From the NCBI GenBank assembly GCA_012295275.1, contig CM022676.1, positions 11,036,001 through 11,100,000 on the forward strand: a DNA stretch of 64,000 nucleotides, read 5' to 3'. Of the stretch, positions 27,931 to 59,784 are shown one piece after another. The notes beneath the pieces are model-generated. The model had not been told where the DNA came from. It searched no databases and was given only the letters and a program-made list of their open reading frames with translations. How positions within the stretch are numbered: position 1 is the first letter of the stretch; each line of letters begins with the position of its first letter. The stretch is from Chrysomallon squamiferum. Taxonomy: Eukaryota; Animalia; Mollusca. The position numbers and the translations under genes were made by a program.

Positions 27931-30900
27931 TTGTGTGTGTGTGTATGCTTTGGTATGTATGCCTATGAGACTGATTGCTAAAAAAAGATAGATTGAAAGA
28001 TAGAAAGACAGGATGATTTATAGAGTAAACACAGACTAACAGAAAGAATTTACTATAGCACAAAATAAAGATGTCTGCTGTAAACATACAAAAAATCCAA
28101 CAGTTTTTTGTCCCATATCCATAATATATTTTTCAGTGATTGCCGAGTCATGTAGGAATTGCTTGCTATCCTTCAATGACTTTGACTTATAGAAGAAATC
28201 TCCATTAATATACCAGAAAGTTTGGTAGTACAAATCTTTTGTAAAAGACATTTTACAAAGAAAACGATAAGCCTGAGTTAATTTAGATAGCGTTTCAAGT
28301 GTTGTAATTACTGTAGGACTTCCAGTTAGACTTGGAGTACCTGAAAAATAACTTACTAGTCATTTTGTGTGTATGAACCTAAGTACATATGTGTGTTGTG
28401 TGTGTTGTGTGTGTATCTTTGTATGTTCTGAGTGTGACTTTAGTGTGTCTCTGCATTTAAGCATGATTGCATGTGTGAATTTATATGTATGTGTGAGTGC
28501 TGCAGTATATATGTATATTTGTGTGCATGAAAAGGCTTATGATTGTGCATATATATGTGTGTATGTGCAAATATGTATGTGCACTGTGAAAATGGTAATG
28601 TTTACTTACTAGCATCAACAGTAGGTTCTGAAAATGATTCAATTTCATATATATGTATCTGAGTTTGTCAAAGTGAAAGATTAATATATAGGAATTCAGT
28701 TAAGATCATTCTTGTAAAAAATAAAGCAGCAGTAGTTTGAATAGTCTAAGCTCCAAGGTTAAGAGGTTTTAATTTATTCTTGTTATACAATCAGTGAACA
28801 TGTGAGTAGTATTATCAGTCATAAAGAGTAGGTGATACATTATTCAAGTGAATTTACGAAAACAAAATTAAGAGCATGCGCAGTTTCTGTGTGAATTAAA
28901 TTGATGTAAATTACATCCCAACATTTTCTTTATTTTTCCATATCTGCACAAACTATTAGTAAGTGTAACAGCTTATAAGTTAGTCACTTGACATGCTGTC
29001 AAGCATGGACTTTGTACATTAGGACATTAATAGTGTCTGAAAGTCTTCTGCAGTATTCTGACGCTCTGCCACAAGAAAAGGATCCAGATCTTGGAGGTTT
29101 GTAGGTGGGGTTTGGTGATATTGAACTTGCCTGCCCAACTCATTTCATGCATGCTCTGTTGAAACCAAGCAGAGCAAATTTCTGGCCAGTCCATCCTGGT
29201 GACACCATAGTGCTTGAGAACGTCTGTCACCACTAGAACTGACATGCAGCAAAACTGCCTCCTCCAGTCTGCTGCAGGACTGGGAGAACCAAAGTCCAGA
29301 TAATCTGTAGACTGAGCCTGGATTAATCAGTGAACAGTCCTCAACCCCAGTGGATGTATTTGCCAGCACACATGACGAGTACATCAGTCACGTCTAGTTC
29401 TTCTGCGACACAGTAGGAATGATGGTCCAACAACCTGGCTGTGACAGCACAAATTGTTGACTGTCAGGTGATTGTGTACAGTTTGATCAGACACAGTCGA
29501 AATACTGTCACATATTTTGACAAGCATTGACTGAACATTGTTGTAGAGTCATATTGATATGTATTACTCCTGTCTGTTCTTAGTGCTTCGGCGGCCTCCC
29601 TGAACATGCACGATTCCCAACAAAAAGTCTGAGGAATATTTCTTTGTTTATTGCTATCGAGAAACCTTGCAAGACCCTTCCTCTGACCTCCACAGACAAC
29701 TGCTGTTGTAGTATCATCGACTTTGGAATGTGTACCATAGATTGAAGCAAACTCTGTTACTGAGAAATTATTCTTTGTGGACGTGAAATTCATGAAACTA
29801 TGCAAATGAAGAAATTCGTTAAAAAGCAGTTAAAGCACGCTCGTCAGACCTTTCACATTTTATTGTGTTCTGGTTGAAACATGTTCTGGTAATTAAAAAA
29901 CAACAAGAAACAAACATACAAACAAAAAACCTGAAAAAGAACTTGTAATTCGAATATTAGACATACCAATGCAATAAGCTGACATAGGATATGTTGATCG
30001 TAAATGATATACGTTGAATGGGCCACAATACTCAGCATCGATGGTGAAAGGGCGGAAACAATTGCTATTACCAAAACGTATACACATCTTTAGAACAACA
30101 GAGGGTTTCTTCTTTGTTGGTAACTCTGTCAAATATATTAATTATATTATACAATTTCTATATTCATAACACACACATATAATGATAATTATTTTAAAAA
30201 TAGAAAAATAATCCCTTATCAAATAATACAAACACACATACAAATATAATACACAGACAGAGATAGGTACAATTATAGATATACATGTGCAAACATACAG
30301 ATACATATACACAAACATAGATACATATACATATACTTACATACAAACATACAGCATACACAGGCATATGTACAAACATACACTATATACATGGATACGT
30401 ACAAACATATGGACAAATCGGTACTTAAGTTGAATGGAAGTTATCGACAACTGACATTGATGAAATCATGACTGGACTTTGTTTTCTTGTACCAGTGCAT
30501 TCTCTAATATCGTGTATATGCAGAATCTAATCATGTATACATGTATGTAAATATAAATTTAGGTTTCTATCTGTCTGTCTGTTTCTCTGTCGTTTTATGT
30601 ACTATTTAGTAATGAAGATGGTACTTACGAATGTCTGATCAATCTGTACAAAGACTAGTGTTTATGTTTATATGTGTTTATGTGTGTGTGTGTATGTATG
30701 TATGTATATTTGTATGTATGTATGGTGTATGTATATAGGTGTGCTTATTCGCTGTGTTATGTATGTCTGATTAGACTGTGCACATAGACCGTGTTCAGGA
30801 TCACACTGGCAGAGGAGGATGAAGTCCAATCACACACACAAATGTCAAGACTCGAATGTATGGCAGCCATTTTACCTCACTCCGAAGCTAGACTGAGAGT

Positions 30901-32238
30901 ACCACTCTGTTATCACGATGACCAATATTTGTTTTTCTTTGTATGCGTATAGTATCTATGTATCTGTGTATGTCTGTGTAGACCTATATGTATAAACGTG
31001 TATTACTGTAGGACGGTTGGTAACATACTTTTTCTTATCAAATGTTTCATTAGACCAGCTCATTTCGCTACATGACTCTGTCACTAAACATATTGTTATA
31101 GTAAACATTATTATTTATACCATTTTTGTTCGATTACAAGTTATCTACGCAAAGAATCATTTTATAGATAGCTTAAAAATATCGTATTCTACAAGCACTA
31201 TAATGACTACTCCTTAAGCATTGGACTTGTAATAAAATGTTAGTATTCAAAAGTCCAGTAACAAAAGTGTTTCTGTAATAAAATGGTTCTCAACAAAACA
31301 TTCCATACTACTATGTTTTTTTCTATATTTGTATATGCATATAATATTTAAGTGTGTGTGTGTGTATATATATATATAAACAGGGTGTCTCATAAGTTTC
31401 CATACATATAGTTTCATCTCAAGCAACGTATCACTAATACCATTACAAGCATGTGCTTGAACGTGTTCTTCCATAGTGGAGGACACGCATTGAAATGTGT
31501 TTTCAACATAATGGCACAATGTTATATAGAGCATATTATATTAATAAAAATGTTTTTCATATAAAATCGTTTATTTTTCCTATGTGTGGAATTGCATGGG
31601 ACACCCTGTGTATATATGTGTTTTGTTTATGTGTGTGTGTGTGTGTGTACATATCTATGTTTGCCTGTAGATGTGTATGTGTGTCCACGTGTTTGTTACT
31701 TTGTGTATATACATCTATGTTTGTGTATGAGTATGTGCATGTGTGCATGTTTTTGAGAGTGTGTCTGTATGTGTATGTATTTGTAGATGTCTGTGTGGAT
31801 GTGTGTCTATGCGGATATGTATATGTGTGTGTTTGTATGTATTACCTGATGTTGTGTACACAGGATAGAATGTTCCACATGTGTACTTGTCTGGTTTCTT
31901 TGTGAACAGTTTGTAACCTTTCTGTCCATACCAGTCAGTCTTTAGGAGACTGTCATTGATTTCCCACTCATCTATGCCAAGCTCGTAATTCCAATCTCTT
32001 CTTTCAACATCAGGAAAAGGTTTATAATTCTTGCAGTGATTTTCTAAAATGAGAAAAACATGAGTAACAGCGATAATAACAGCTGCAGTAACAACAACAG
32101 TAAAGATACTGATGACGAAAGTTTGTTGATTTCATTATTTATTGTAGTTATGTTCACAGACCCTTACTTTTTATTTCACAAAGTCGTGTCGTATGTTTGC
32201 AGTTTTTTATTTTTTTATTTTTTTTTCAGTGTATGGAA

Positions 32239-32279
<41 letters not shown>

Positions 32280-32400
32280 TCGCTGTATGTGTTTGTGTCC
32301 GTTTTTTCTTATGATTCAATAATACATAAAATGTAAAATTACCTTCAGTTGACAACGGTAATAATGCAAGAAGCAGAATTAACAAACAAGTGGAAAACAT
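14098..32400 (-). CDS. Copy B: secreted VWD + EGF + Ig-like + C-terminal fibrinogen-related domain protein (VWDE-FReD), 21 coding exons, interrupted by an assembly gap
   Basis: Exons 32400-32343, 32043-31846, 30125-29967, 28340-28090, 27587-27501, 26381-26034, 25255-25167, 24905-24842, 23008-(gap), exon 10 presumed in gap, 21950-21662, 21292-21140, 19765-19588, 19223-19033, 18625-18362, 17988-17883, 17535-17409, 17179-17056, 15675-15530, 14663-14504, 14178-14098 (TAA). Phases match and visible exons have no stops. Motifs include CQATGDPHLATF, CSQRGQCANGTCVC, DGGGWLVF, FSTYDHDND and MSIRPK*. Confidence 0.88.
14504..14663 (-). CDS. Copy B exon 20, FReD P subdomain
   Basis: NNMAFSTYDHDNDKNQWNCAEVYGCGFWFNSCGYVNPTGKY. 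Confidence 0.88.
15530..15675 (-). CDS. Copy B exon 19, FReD
   Basis: NTELRVDFTDFNGQHDYAKYSYFHVDDEKQFYRIHVNGHSGSAMDPFS. Confidence 0.88.
15876..16290. repeat. 26-bp minisatellite, about 16 units (B intron 18)
   Basis: CCACYGTCCTCTCATACTGTTTGTGT; about 5 units at 37567-37702 in copy C. Confidence 0.9.
17056..17179 (-). CDS. Copy B exon 18, FReD
   Basis: RMTDEENFNRTWQEYKKGFGKLEKSFWWGNENLHLFTSIHK|gtacat. Confidence 0.88.
17409..17535 (-). CDS. Copy B exon 17, FReD start
   Basis: EITSCLTFKQKSG...VYARCDSVTDGGGWLVFLR. Confidence 0.88.
17883..17988 (-). CDS. Copy B exon 16, small Cys-rich linker
   Basis: KNHCTAGGKCYVRGSHYKKTDLVCSRVKGKMVWKK; phase 0-1. Confidence 0.8.
18362..18625 (-). CDS. Copy B exon 15, Ig/TIG-like domain
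   Basis: ...VEVLCP...IYISVSNDGKTFSKE...HNSECESC...TCSVA|gtaagc. Confidence 0.87.
19033..19223 (-). CDS. Copy B exon 14, end of EGF and start of Ig-like domain
   Basis: GTCVCERNFMGADCSTDIRIPPVL...CDLLDDPCDNVTV...CKLREIY|gtaagt. Confidence 0.87.
19588..19765 (-). CDS. Copy B exon 13, start of EGF
   Basis: ATGDTIFAESAIENVKSSC...SCPSHCSQRGQCAN-G. Confidence 0.87.
21140..21292 (-). CDS. Copy B exon 12, C8-like helical domain
   Basis: DVSNTTQTITKSLAREICENSF...LCQSV...LEDCIFDIR|gtgagg. Confidence 0.85.
21662..21950 (-). CDS. Copy B exon 11, Cys-rich segment and polybasic linker
   Basis: IADSENLLF...CYCPKQVKC...CIFRARKKRRSVNDAESEVNVYSSLRKR|gtgagt. Confidence 0.85.
22000..22727. repeat. 72-bp minisatellite, at least 10 units, running into the gap
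   Basis: CATCAGAGAATAATAATAAAATACAAAACCACTCCTACCTTTATTTCAGCAGAACTGTTACTACTAGTATTA. Confidence 0.9.
22728..22927. other. Assembly gap (200 N)
   Basis: Run of N. Confidence 0.99.
22928..23008 (-). CDS. Copy B exon 9 (VWD), truncated by N-gap
   Basis: IQIKTFHCWGSVACNCAVVIRAGRNIF, then Ns. Confidence 0.82.
24842..24905 (-). CDS. Copy B exon 8 (VWD)
   Basis: KINFMVPGVYQLYTVKNYPVD|gtaaga. Confidence 0.85.
25167..25255 (-). CDS. Copy B exon 7, start of VWD domain
   Basis: IQIVKDLTLLTGETCQATGDPHLATFGTG matches the VWD CxxxGDPHxxTF signature. Confidence 0.88.
26034..26381 (-). CDS. Copy B exon 6
   Basis: 348-nt open exon LLNHTFVLRENEYVEVPFQLTAPFGC... Confidence 0.85.
26950..27268. repeat. 31-bp minisatellite, 10 units (intron 5, B)
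   Basis: Same unit as 1449-1643. Confidence 0.9.
27501..27587 (-). CDS. Copy B exon 5
   Basis: IHCALRASYMNLSSLSKPVISKREFIGIK. Confidence 0.82.
28090..28340 (-). CDS. Copy B exon 4
   Basis: Matches copy A exon 4; 251 nt. Confidence 0.82.
28995..29745 (-). mobile_element. Same decayed Tc1 fragment in intron 3 of copy B
   Basis: Near-identical to 3470-4240. Confidence 0.7.
29967..30125 (-). CDS. Copy B exon 3
   Basis: ELPTKKKPSVVLKMCIRFGNSNCFRPF...TYPMSAYCI. Confidence 0.85.
31381..31608. mobile_element. Mariner-type MITE (about 228 bp) in intron 2 of copy B
   Basis: Imperfect TIRs CAGGGTGTCTCATAAGTTTCCATACATA and revcomp CAGGGTGTCCCATGCAATTCCACACATA, in a TA-rich context. Confidence 0.7.
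31846..32043 (-). CDS. Copy B exon 2
   Basis: Matches copy A exon 2; 198 nt. Confidence 0.82.
32343..32400 (-). CDS. Copy B exon 1, signal peptide
   Basis: MFSTCLLILLLALLPLSTE-G|gtaatt. Confidence 0.8.
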
Positions 32401-32689
32401 TTTCGATTGAATATGAATTTGTTTAACATACACGTATATAAACTATTTTTCTACTATTAACATAAAAAAAGGAAAGAAAAGAATAAAAAAGAAATTTAAA
32501 ATAATTAATGTCATAAAGAGCTGGTATACAATAAAATGGAATTATTATTATTTTTATTTTTTTTATACTCTACATTAATGTTTGAAAATGTCATAAATAT
32601 TTTTAATATTCTGTATCAGTGTTTGAAAAATGTTTTACTGATAATATACTGTATCATAGTTGTAAATGTAAGAGTTCTTGTTTCTTTAA

Positions 32690-33080
32690 TATATCAGTTT
32701 TGAAAATACGAGAATTCTTGGTTATGTTCTATATCAGTTTTGAAAATACGAGAATTCTTGGTTATGTTCTATATCAGTTTTGAAAACATAAGAATTCTTG
32801 GTTATGTTCTATATCAGTTTTGAAAATACAAGAATTCTTGGTTATGTTCTATATCAGTTTTGAAAATATAAGAATTCTTGGTTATGTTCTATATCAGTTT
32901 TGACAATATAAGAATTCTTGGTTATGTTCTATATCAGTTTTGAAAATATAAGAATTCTTGTTTATATCATACATCAGGGTTGAAAACGTAAATAGTGTTG
33001 TTTCTTACTATATCAAGTTTGAAAACATAAAAATTCTTATTTATTTACTATATCAGGTTCAGAATGTAAGAATTCTTGTT
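32690..33080. repeat. 40-bp minisatellite upstream of copy B
   Basis: ATATCAGTTTTGAAAATAYRAGAATTCTTGGTTATGTTCT. Confidence 0.85.
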
Positions 33081-33449
33081 TACTATAATCACAGTTGAAA
33101 AATTGAAAATTCTTTTATATGTATTGCATTAATTATTATATATATTATATCTATATGAAATCGCTTAACTTTTTTTTTACTCTATATATGTTTGAAAATG
33201 CAAGACATTATTGAACAAAATTTAAAATATTTTCTAATATTACATACTAAACACACACTAAAACACAATGTCAGTGTTTCAAAATTATAGAAATACAGAC
33301 ATGCACACATACGTATATATGCTACATCAGGGATTGAACATATCACAAACAAAGACATTGACAAACGCACACAAACACATGCATACATATACATACATAT
33401 ACGCTTATAACCACTATGTTAGTATATGTTAGAAATATACAGTCAAAAG

Positions 33450-33486
<37 letters not shown>

Positions 33487-33679
33487 TAACACACACTAAC
33501 ATATGTTCACTATATCAGTGTTTTAAAATGTTAGAAACACTCACTAAACACATGTACACACTATATCAGTAACTTAAAATCTTAAAAATATACATACACA
33601 CCAACACATATGCACGTTATAGTTGAAGAAGAAGAAGAAATGTATTACGCTTCTATCACGCTTTCGGCTCTTCTACACA

Positions 33680-33861
<182 letters not shown>

Positions 33862-34497
33862 CATACACTTACGGAGAGTATACATTAACATCCATTAGAA
33901 ATGATTATGATTATTTAACAGATATAAATGTCACACATTTATCAGAAGAGATTTATCATAACTTTAATAGCTCATATATATACAACAGATATTGAACATA
34001 TACTATTTTATGAAATATTAGAAATATATGCAGGAATAAGAGATACATGTATACATATATACATACATACATACATACATACATACATACAAACATACAA
34101 ACATACGTGTGTGTACATATACCCACACCAGCATGCATACAAAGACAGAAGAATTTGTATGTGTGTATGTAATAATAATAATAAATAGAAGAAGTAGAAG
34201 AAGAAAAGGAAAAGAAGAGGAAGAAGACGACGACGAAAAATAATAACAAGAAATGTATTACTACACTTCTGTCAAGCTTTGAGCTGTTCTACACTGACTC
34301 TCTCTCATCAGCCACAAGTGATTATGATTATTTAACAGATATAAATGTCACACGTTATCACAGATTGCTGAGTTTACTGGGAGACTTAACATAGCTTACA
34401 TATCTTTTATAAATCTTTTCTATGTATGTAAAGTGTACCTACTTTTGAGTATGTGTGCGTATGTATATATGTATGTTATTCCTGCACATATATATAT

Positions 34498-34585
<88 letters not shown>

Positions 34586-35015
34586 ACCTTTCGTTCTTGT
34601 TTTTGATGGTTTTAGATACACTGTTCACTAATTATCATTGTGTTTCTAATTTTTACTTTTTTAACTCTTATTATTCATTAATTAGCCATGGAGACAACAC
34701 TGCTGTTGATCTTGATAGAACATTTTGTAGTAAATTTTGAATGATGAAACATTGAAAATTCTGATCTTTGGACACGTTGTGTTTATATGCAGGTGCAATT
34801 AGTGTACACAAATCAAGACAAACAGTTGGTGAGTATATATTTCTAAATATGCATAATTGCATATACTTTACCAATACACACACAGACTAACTGATTCAAA
34901 AACGATTTCATTACAAAAAATATGTGTCTTGGTTTTTGTTTGATATTAAAACTTTATTATAAAAATGAGCAGTATATTTGAATTTCAGTTTGTTTTTCTT
35001 TTTTGAAAAATAAAA

Positions 35016-35158
<143 letters not shown>

Positions 35159-35707
35159 ATCAGTCCAACATGAGTTCAAGAACTTTCAGAAATGAACATT
35201 CATTAGTTGCAGTAATTCAATAACAAAACAACTTGTTGGTGTTCGTGTTAACTTTCTGATAATATCATTAATACTGTTCAAAAACAAATAAGCTACGGTG
35301 AAATATTCATATTATGGATGTCAGTAAAGGTTATACAAGTTTAAATACACTAAATGATTCTAATTAAACAAAATTTACTTTTATTAAAAATTTCTCATTG
35401 ACATATAAACTATTTATTAGTTTATATGTATACATTGTTGATATATGTATTTACATATCTGTTGATAGGGCCATATGAACATTTTAATTCATTTATCTAT
35501 GTACATACATTTTATATTTATATATGTACTTGTGAATAAATGAAAAACAAAATGCATTACCAGCCATATTTATTTAATTTGTTTTTAAGTAAAATTTAAA
35601 ATCAAAATGAAAAAAATACAAGAAAAGAAGATTTATTTATCTCACTGATTTTTTCACATAAAGTTCATAGAAGATATATTTATTTGATCACTGTCTAGCA
35701 GACTGTT

Positions 35708-53911
<18,204 letters not shown>

Positions 53912-55656
53912 CTTCAGTTGAAGATGAATTTGTTTTACATACACTTATATAAATAATTGTTCTACTATTAACATAAAAAAAATAGAAAAAAATTAAAATA
54001 ATTAATGACATAAACAGCTTTGTATACAATAAAATAGAGAAATTATTTTATGCTCTGTGTTTATGTTTTATAATGTCATAAATATTTTTTTAATTCTGTA
54101 TCAATGTTTGAAAAATGTCATAATGATAATATACTGTATCAGAGTTGCAAATGTTAGAATTTTTGAATTCTTGTTTATATTTTATATCAGGGTTGAAACA
54201 GGTATTGTTTATATTCTGTATCAGGGTTGAAACAGGTATTGTTTATAGTTAAATCAGGGTTGAATGTGTAAAAATTATAATTTAATGTTTTTAATCACTG
54301 CAAGATTAAAAACAGCACATTGACTTTTTTGTTCAGATATAACACTGAGTTTATTCTGGTTAAGCAGGTTCCTGTAGATATAGAACTCCTGAAAATATCA
54401 TTTCGTAGTGTGAATTGACCACCTATGTAGTCTTCTTCTGCCTTTAAGATCATTTATACATATTTACACACTTAAACTTAAACAGCATGTTTTAGTGAAG
54501 CAGAAAATAGTAACAACTGAACATTTCTTTAGAAACTATTCAAATGTTAATTTTTCATTGCTAATAACTCATTATATTTATATATATATATATTTATTGT
54601 ATATATATATATATATATATATATACTTCATTTCAAAATGCTTCTAATCACTGTTAAATACAGAGAAAAGTATACAAAGAAACCAGTCACTTTTGCTGGG
54701 ATTATGTCTGACTGATATATTCATTTAATAGAGTGATTGTGTGAAGAATAATTTTAACTATTTTTACTCTGTCATTCCGTAGTGTAATATAGCCACGTGC
54801 TGCTTTATTCCTAACCATTTCATTTCTTTTTTACAGAAATACCTGAAATATACAGCTGTAATGAGATAATTATGGTAACAAATAAATAGTAAGAAAAGTG
54901 CAAAAAGTGTGTAGTTATTGTCAGACAAAACTTAATAGTTACTGAGTTGCAAGACTGTGAAAAAACTTTGTCATTATTGTGACACAAAACTTTGTAGATA
55001 ATATCAGACAAAACTATAGCCAACTTTTACAAATGTTAAAAATACACACATACACTAACACTCAAATGTACACTAAATCAAATGTTTGAACATGTTAGAA
55101 AACATAGACGCACACTATAGCAATGTTTGAAAATATTTCTTAGTATAATAAACAGTTTATAAATTAATATTTAAACAAACATGACAGACATGCATATACA
55201 ATATACTATATAGACGTACATAATATGCAGGCATGCAATGTAAAATGTTTGCCATAAGTGTAACATACAGACGTATATATGTTACATAGGCAAATGTGAC
55301 ACACAGTTAAAGATAACGCCTGGTTTAGTTGTCAGGTTTAGTTAATTAATATTCCTCACATAATCAAATTAAACCTGACACTAATTAGTGTGTCTAATTA
55401 CCCCTGAAACGTTGAGGAAAGATTCCTGTGGAGCTCCACTTTAAACAGAACATACTAACAACATGATCCAAGATTAAGTTTTACAAATACAGAGCAGCTA
55501 ATGTTGAAATGAAAGAAAAAATATATCAAGTATTTGCATTTAATAATAATAATAACAACAATAATAATAATAACAACAATAATAACAATAAGAAGAAGAA
55601 TAAGAATAGAAGAAGAAGAAATGTATTACACTTCTGTCACGCTTTCGGCTCTTCTA

Positions 55657-55774
<118 letters not shown>

Positions 55775-56145
55775 CATACACTTACGGAGAGTATACATTA
55801 ACATCCATTAGAAATGATTATGATTATTTAACAGATATAAATGTCACACACATTTATCAGAAGAGATTTATCATAACTTTAATAGCTCATATATATACAA
55901 CAGATATTGAACATATACTATTTTATGAAATATTAGAAATATATGCAGGAATAAGAGATACATGTATACATATATACATACATACATACATACATACATG
56001 TGTGTGTGTGTCTGAGGTGTACATATACCCACACCAGCATGCATTCAGAGACAGACAAAGACTTTGTATGTGTGTATCTATATATCTATCTATCTATATC
56101 TCTCTCTGTCTCTCTCTCTATATATATATACATACATACATAGAT

Positions 56146-56227
<82 letters not shown>

Positions 56228-56535
56228 ACAAAATAATACATAATTAACAAAATGCAGTTTCTGAACAATCGGAAAGGAAACCATAACGTTCACTTGTTTG
56301 ATGATCAATTAATTTTCAAGATCTTTTTAATAATAACAATAAACACTACACCTGTATTCCATCACTTAATAACAACAACAACTACACCAACAATGTTAAA
56401 CAATCTCGTATTAAAAGTGTTTTTGTTTTCTGCTGAAGTAGAACAGAAATTTGAAGATTCTAATTTAAGTTCTTTGATGTTGCAGTGTGTAGTGTGGTAT
56501 TACGTCTTAACCAAACCAGAGTAATGTTGTACATG

Positions 56536-59190
56536 TAGCCAGGTATCTCACTTGTTTGAACACATCACACAATACAGCAGAACCTGTGTTATAGTTTATA
56601 TACAACTTTCACTGTAGATAGCCAGGTATCACACTGGTTTGAACACATCACACAATACAGCAGAACCTGTGTTATAGTTTATATACAACTTTCACTGTAG
56701 ATAGCCAGGTATCACACTGGTTTGAACACATCACACAATACAGCAGAACCTGTGTTATAGTTTATATACAACTTTCACTGTAGATAGAGGGGAAGTATCA
56801 CACTGGTTTGAACACATCACACAATACAGCAGAACCTGTGTTATAGTTTATATACAACTTTCACTGTAGATAGAGGGGAAGTATCACACTGGTTTGAACA
56901 CATCACACAATACAGCAGAACCTGTGTTATAGTTTATATACAACTTTCACTGTAGATAGAGGGGAAGTATCACACTGGTTTGAACACATCACACAATACA
57001 GCAGAACCTGTGTTATAGTTTATATACAACTTTCACTGTAGATAGCCAGGTATCACACTGGTTTGAACACATCACACAATACAGCAGAACCTGTGTTATA
57101 GTTTATATACAACTTTCACTGTAGATAGAGGGGAAGTATCACACTGGTTTGAACACATCACACAATACAGCAGAACCTGTGTTATAGTTTATATACAACT
57201 TTCACTGTAGATAGAGGGGAAGTATCACACTGGTTTGAACACATCACACAATACAGCAGAACCTGTGTTATAGTTTATATACAACTTTCACTGTAGATAG
57301 CCAGGTATCACACTGGTTTGAACACATCACACAATACAGCAGAACCTGTGTTATAGTTTATATACAACTTTCACTGTAGATAGAGGGGAAGTATCACACT
57401 GGTTTGAACACATCACACAATACAGCAGAACCTGTGTTATAGTTTATATACAACTTTCACTGTAGATAGAGGGGAAGTATCACACTGGTTTGAACACATC
57501 ACACAATACAGCAGAACCTGTGTTATAGTTTATATACAACTTTCACTGTAGATAGAGGGGAAGTATCACACTGGTTTGAACACATCACACAATACAGCAG
57601 AACCTGTGTTATAGTTTATATACAACTTTCACTGTAGATAGAGGGGAAGTATCACACTGGTTTGAACACATCACACAATACAGCAGAACCTGTGTTATAG
57701 TTTATATACAACTTTCACTGTAGATAGGGGAAGTATCACACTGGTTTGAACACATCACACAATACAGCAGAACCTGTGTTATAGTTTATATACAACTTTC
57801 ACTGTAGAGAGGGAAGTATCACACTGGTTTGAACACATCACACAATACAGCAGAACCTGTGTTATAGTTTATATACAACTTTCACTGTAGATAGCCAGGT
57901 ATCACACTGGTTTGAACACATCACACAATACAGCAGAACCTGTGTTATAGTTTATATACAACTTTCACTGTAGATAGCCAGTATTTTTGAACACATCACA
58001 CAATACAGCAGAACCTGTGTTATAGTTTATATACAACTTTCACTGTAGATAGAGGGGAAGTATCACACTGGTTTGAACACATCACACAATACAGCAGAAC
58101 CTGTGTTATAGTTTATATACAACTTTCACTGTAGATAGAGGGGAAGTATCTCACTGGTTTGAACACATCACACAATACAGCAGAACCTGTGTTATAGTTT
58201 ATATACAACTTTCACTGTAGATAGAGGGGAAGTATCACACTGGTTTGAACACATCACACAATACAGCAGAACCTGTGTTATAGTTTATATACAACTTTCA
58301 CTGTAGATAGAGGGGAAGTATCACACTGGTTTGAACACATCACACAATACAGCAGAACCTGTGTTATAGTTTATATACAACTTTCACTGTAGATAGAGTA
58401 TCACACTGGGAAGTATCACACTGGTTTGAACACATCACACAATACAGCAGAACCTGTGTTATAGTTTATATACAACTTTCACTGTAGATAGGGGAAGTAT
58501 CACACTGGTTTGAACACATCACACAATACAGCAGAACCTGTGTTATAGTTTATATACAACTTTCACTGTAGATAGCCAGGTATCACACTGGTTTGAACAC
58601 ATCACACAATACAGCAGAACCTGTGTTATAGTTTATATACAACTTTCACTGTAGATAGAGGGGAAGTATCACACTGGTTTGAACACATCACACAATACAG
58701 CAGAACCTGTGTTATAGTTTATATACAACTTTCACTGTAGATAGAGGGGTATCACACTGGTTTGTATCACACTGGTTTGAACACATCACACAATACAGCA
58801 GAACCTGTGTTATAGTTTATATACAACTTTCACTGTAGATAGAGGGAAGTATCACACTGGTTTGAACACATCACACAATACAGCAGAACCTGTGTTATAG
58901 TTTATATACAACTTTCACTGTAGATAGGGGAAGTATCACACTGGTTTGAACACATCACACAATACAGCAGAACCTGTGTTATAGTTTATATACAACTTTC
59001 ACTGTAGATAGAGGGGAAGTATCACACTGGTTTGAACACATCACACAATACAGCAGAACCTGTGTTATAGTTTATATACAACTTTCACTGTAGATAGCCA
59101 GCTATCACACTGGTTTGAACACATCACACAATACAGCAGAACCTGTGTTATAGTTTATATACAACTTTCACTGTAGATAGAGTGGAAGTC
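56536..59190. repeat. 83/86-bp satellite array upstream of copy C, about 31 units
   Basis: Same unit, with two interspersed variants. Confidence 0.92.
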
Positions 59191-59451
59191 ATTGGAAAAT
59201 TAAAATGAACAGAGATGAGATCAGTACAGACACGTCTCAGCACAGTCTATATTTTATACTTATGATGTACTTCTCGCACGCAGTTTGTGAAACACTCTCT
59301 GAAATGAGGGAATAACAAAAAAAAGTAACTAAAAACTGTTAAATATGATTTTAATTTTGTATACGTTTTTATTTTCTTGAACAAAATAATAATAATGTCA
59401 AATATATTTTAACATTCTCTAGTTTTGAATGTCTGCCTTAATTAAGAAAAG

Positions 59452-59590
59452 TCCCTGTACCAAGTTCTCCACAGAGACCTCTCGTACTTTTATAATCCAG
59501 GATGGACGGGTAGATGAACACATTTATGAATTTGTCTTTAAAATATATACATAACAGAACTCTTGTTCCTGTAGGAAGGTTATGCCTTTG
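59452..59590 (-). pseudogene. Orphan truncated copy of exon 10 (VWD end); remnant of a fourth paralog
   Basis: Strong match to 43405-43540 (..INVFIYPSILDYKSTRGLCGELGTG) with the acceptor retained. It has a +1 nt insertion/stop at its start and is truncated at the 3' end. Confidence 0.8.
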
Positions 59591-59784
59591 TAGAAAGAGA
59601 GCAGAACAAAAAGAATAAAAGCGAGGATACCTTACGATTAGTCATGCTGGTGTACAGCAACATTGAAAAATGTATTAATATTTGAAAATGTCATAAATAT
59701 TTTTGATATTCTGTATGAATGTTTGAAAAATGTTATAATATACTGTATCAGAGCTGAAAAAGTAATAAGTTTTGTTTTTTTACT

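Noticed and set aside
55331-55380. Short inverted repeat TGTCAGGTTTA...TAAACCTGACA upstream of C
   Set aside because: An 11-bp stem in AT-rich DNA, not conserved in A or B; no functional evidence.
56536-59190. CRISPR-like appearance of the regular repeat array
   Set aside because: No unique spacers, eukaryotic context and no cas genes; a simple tandem satellite.
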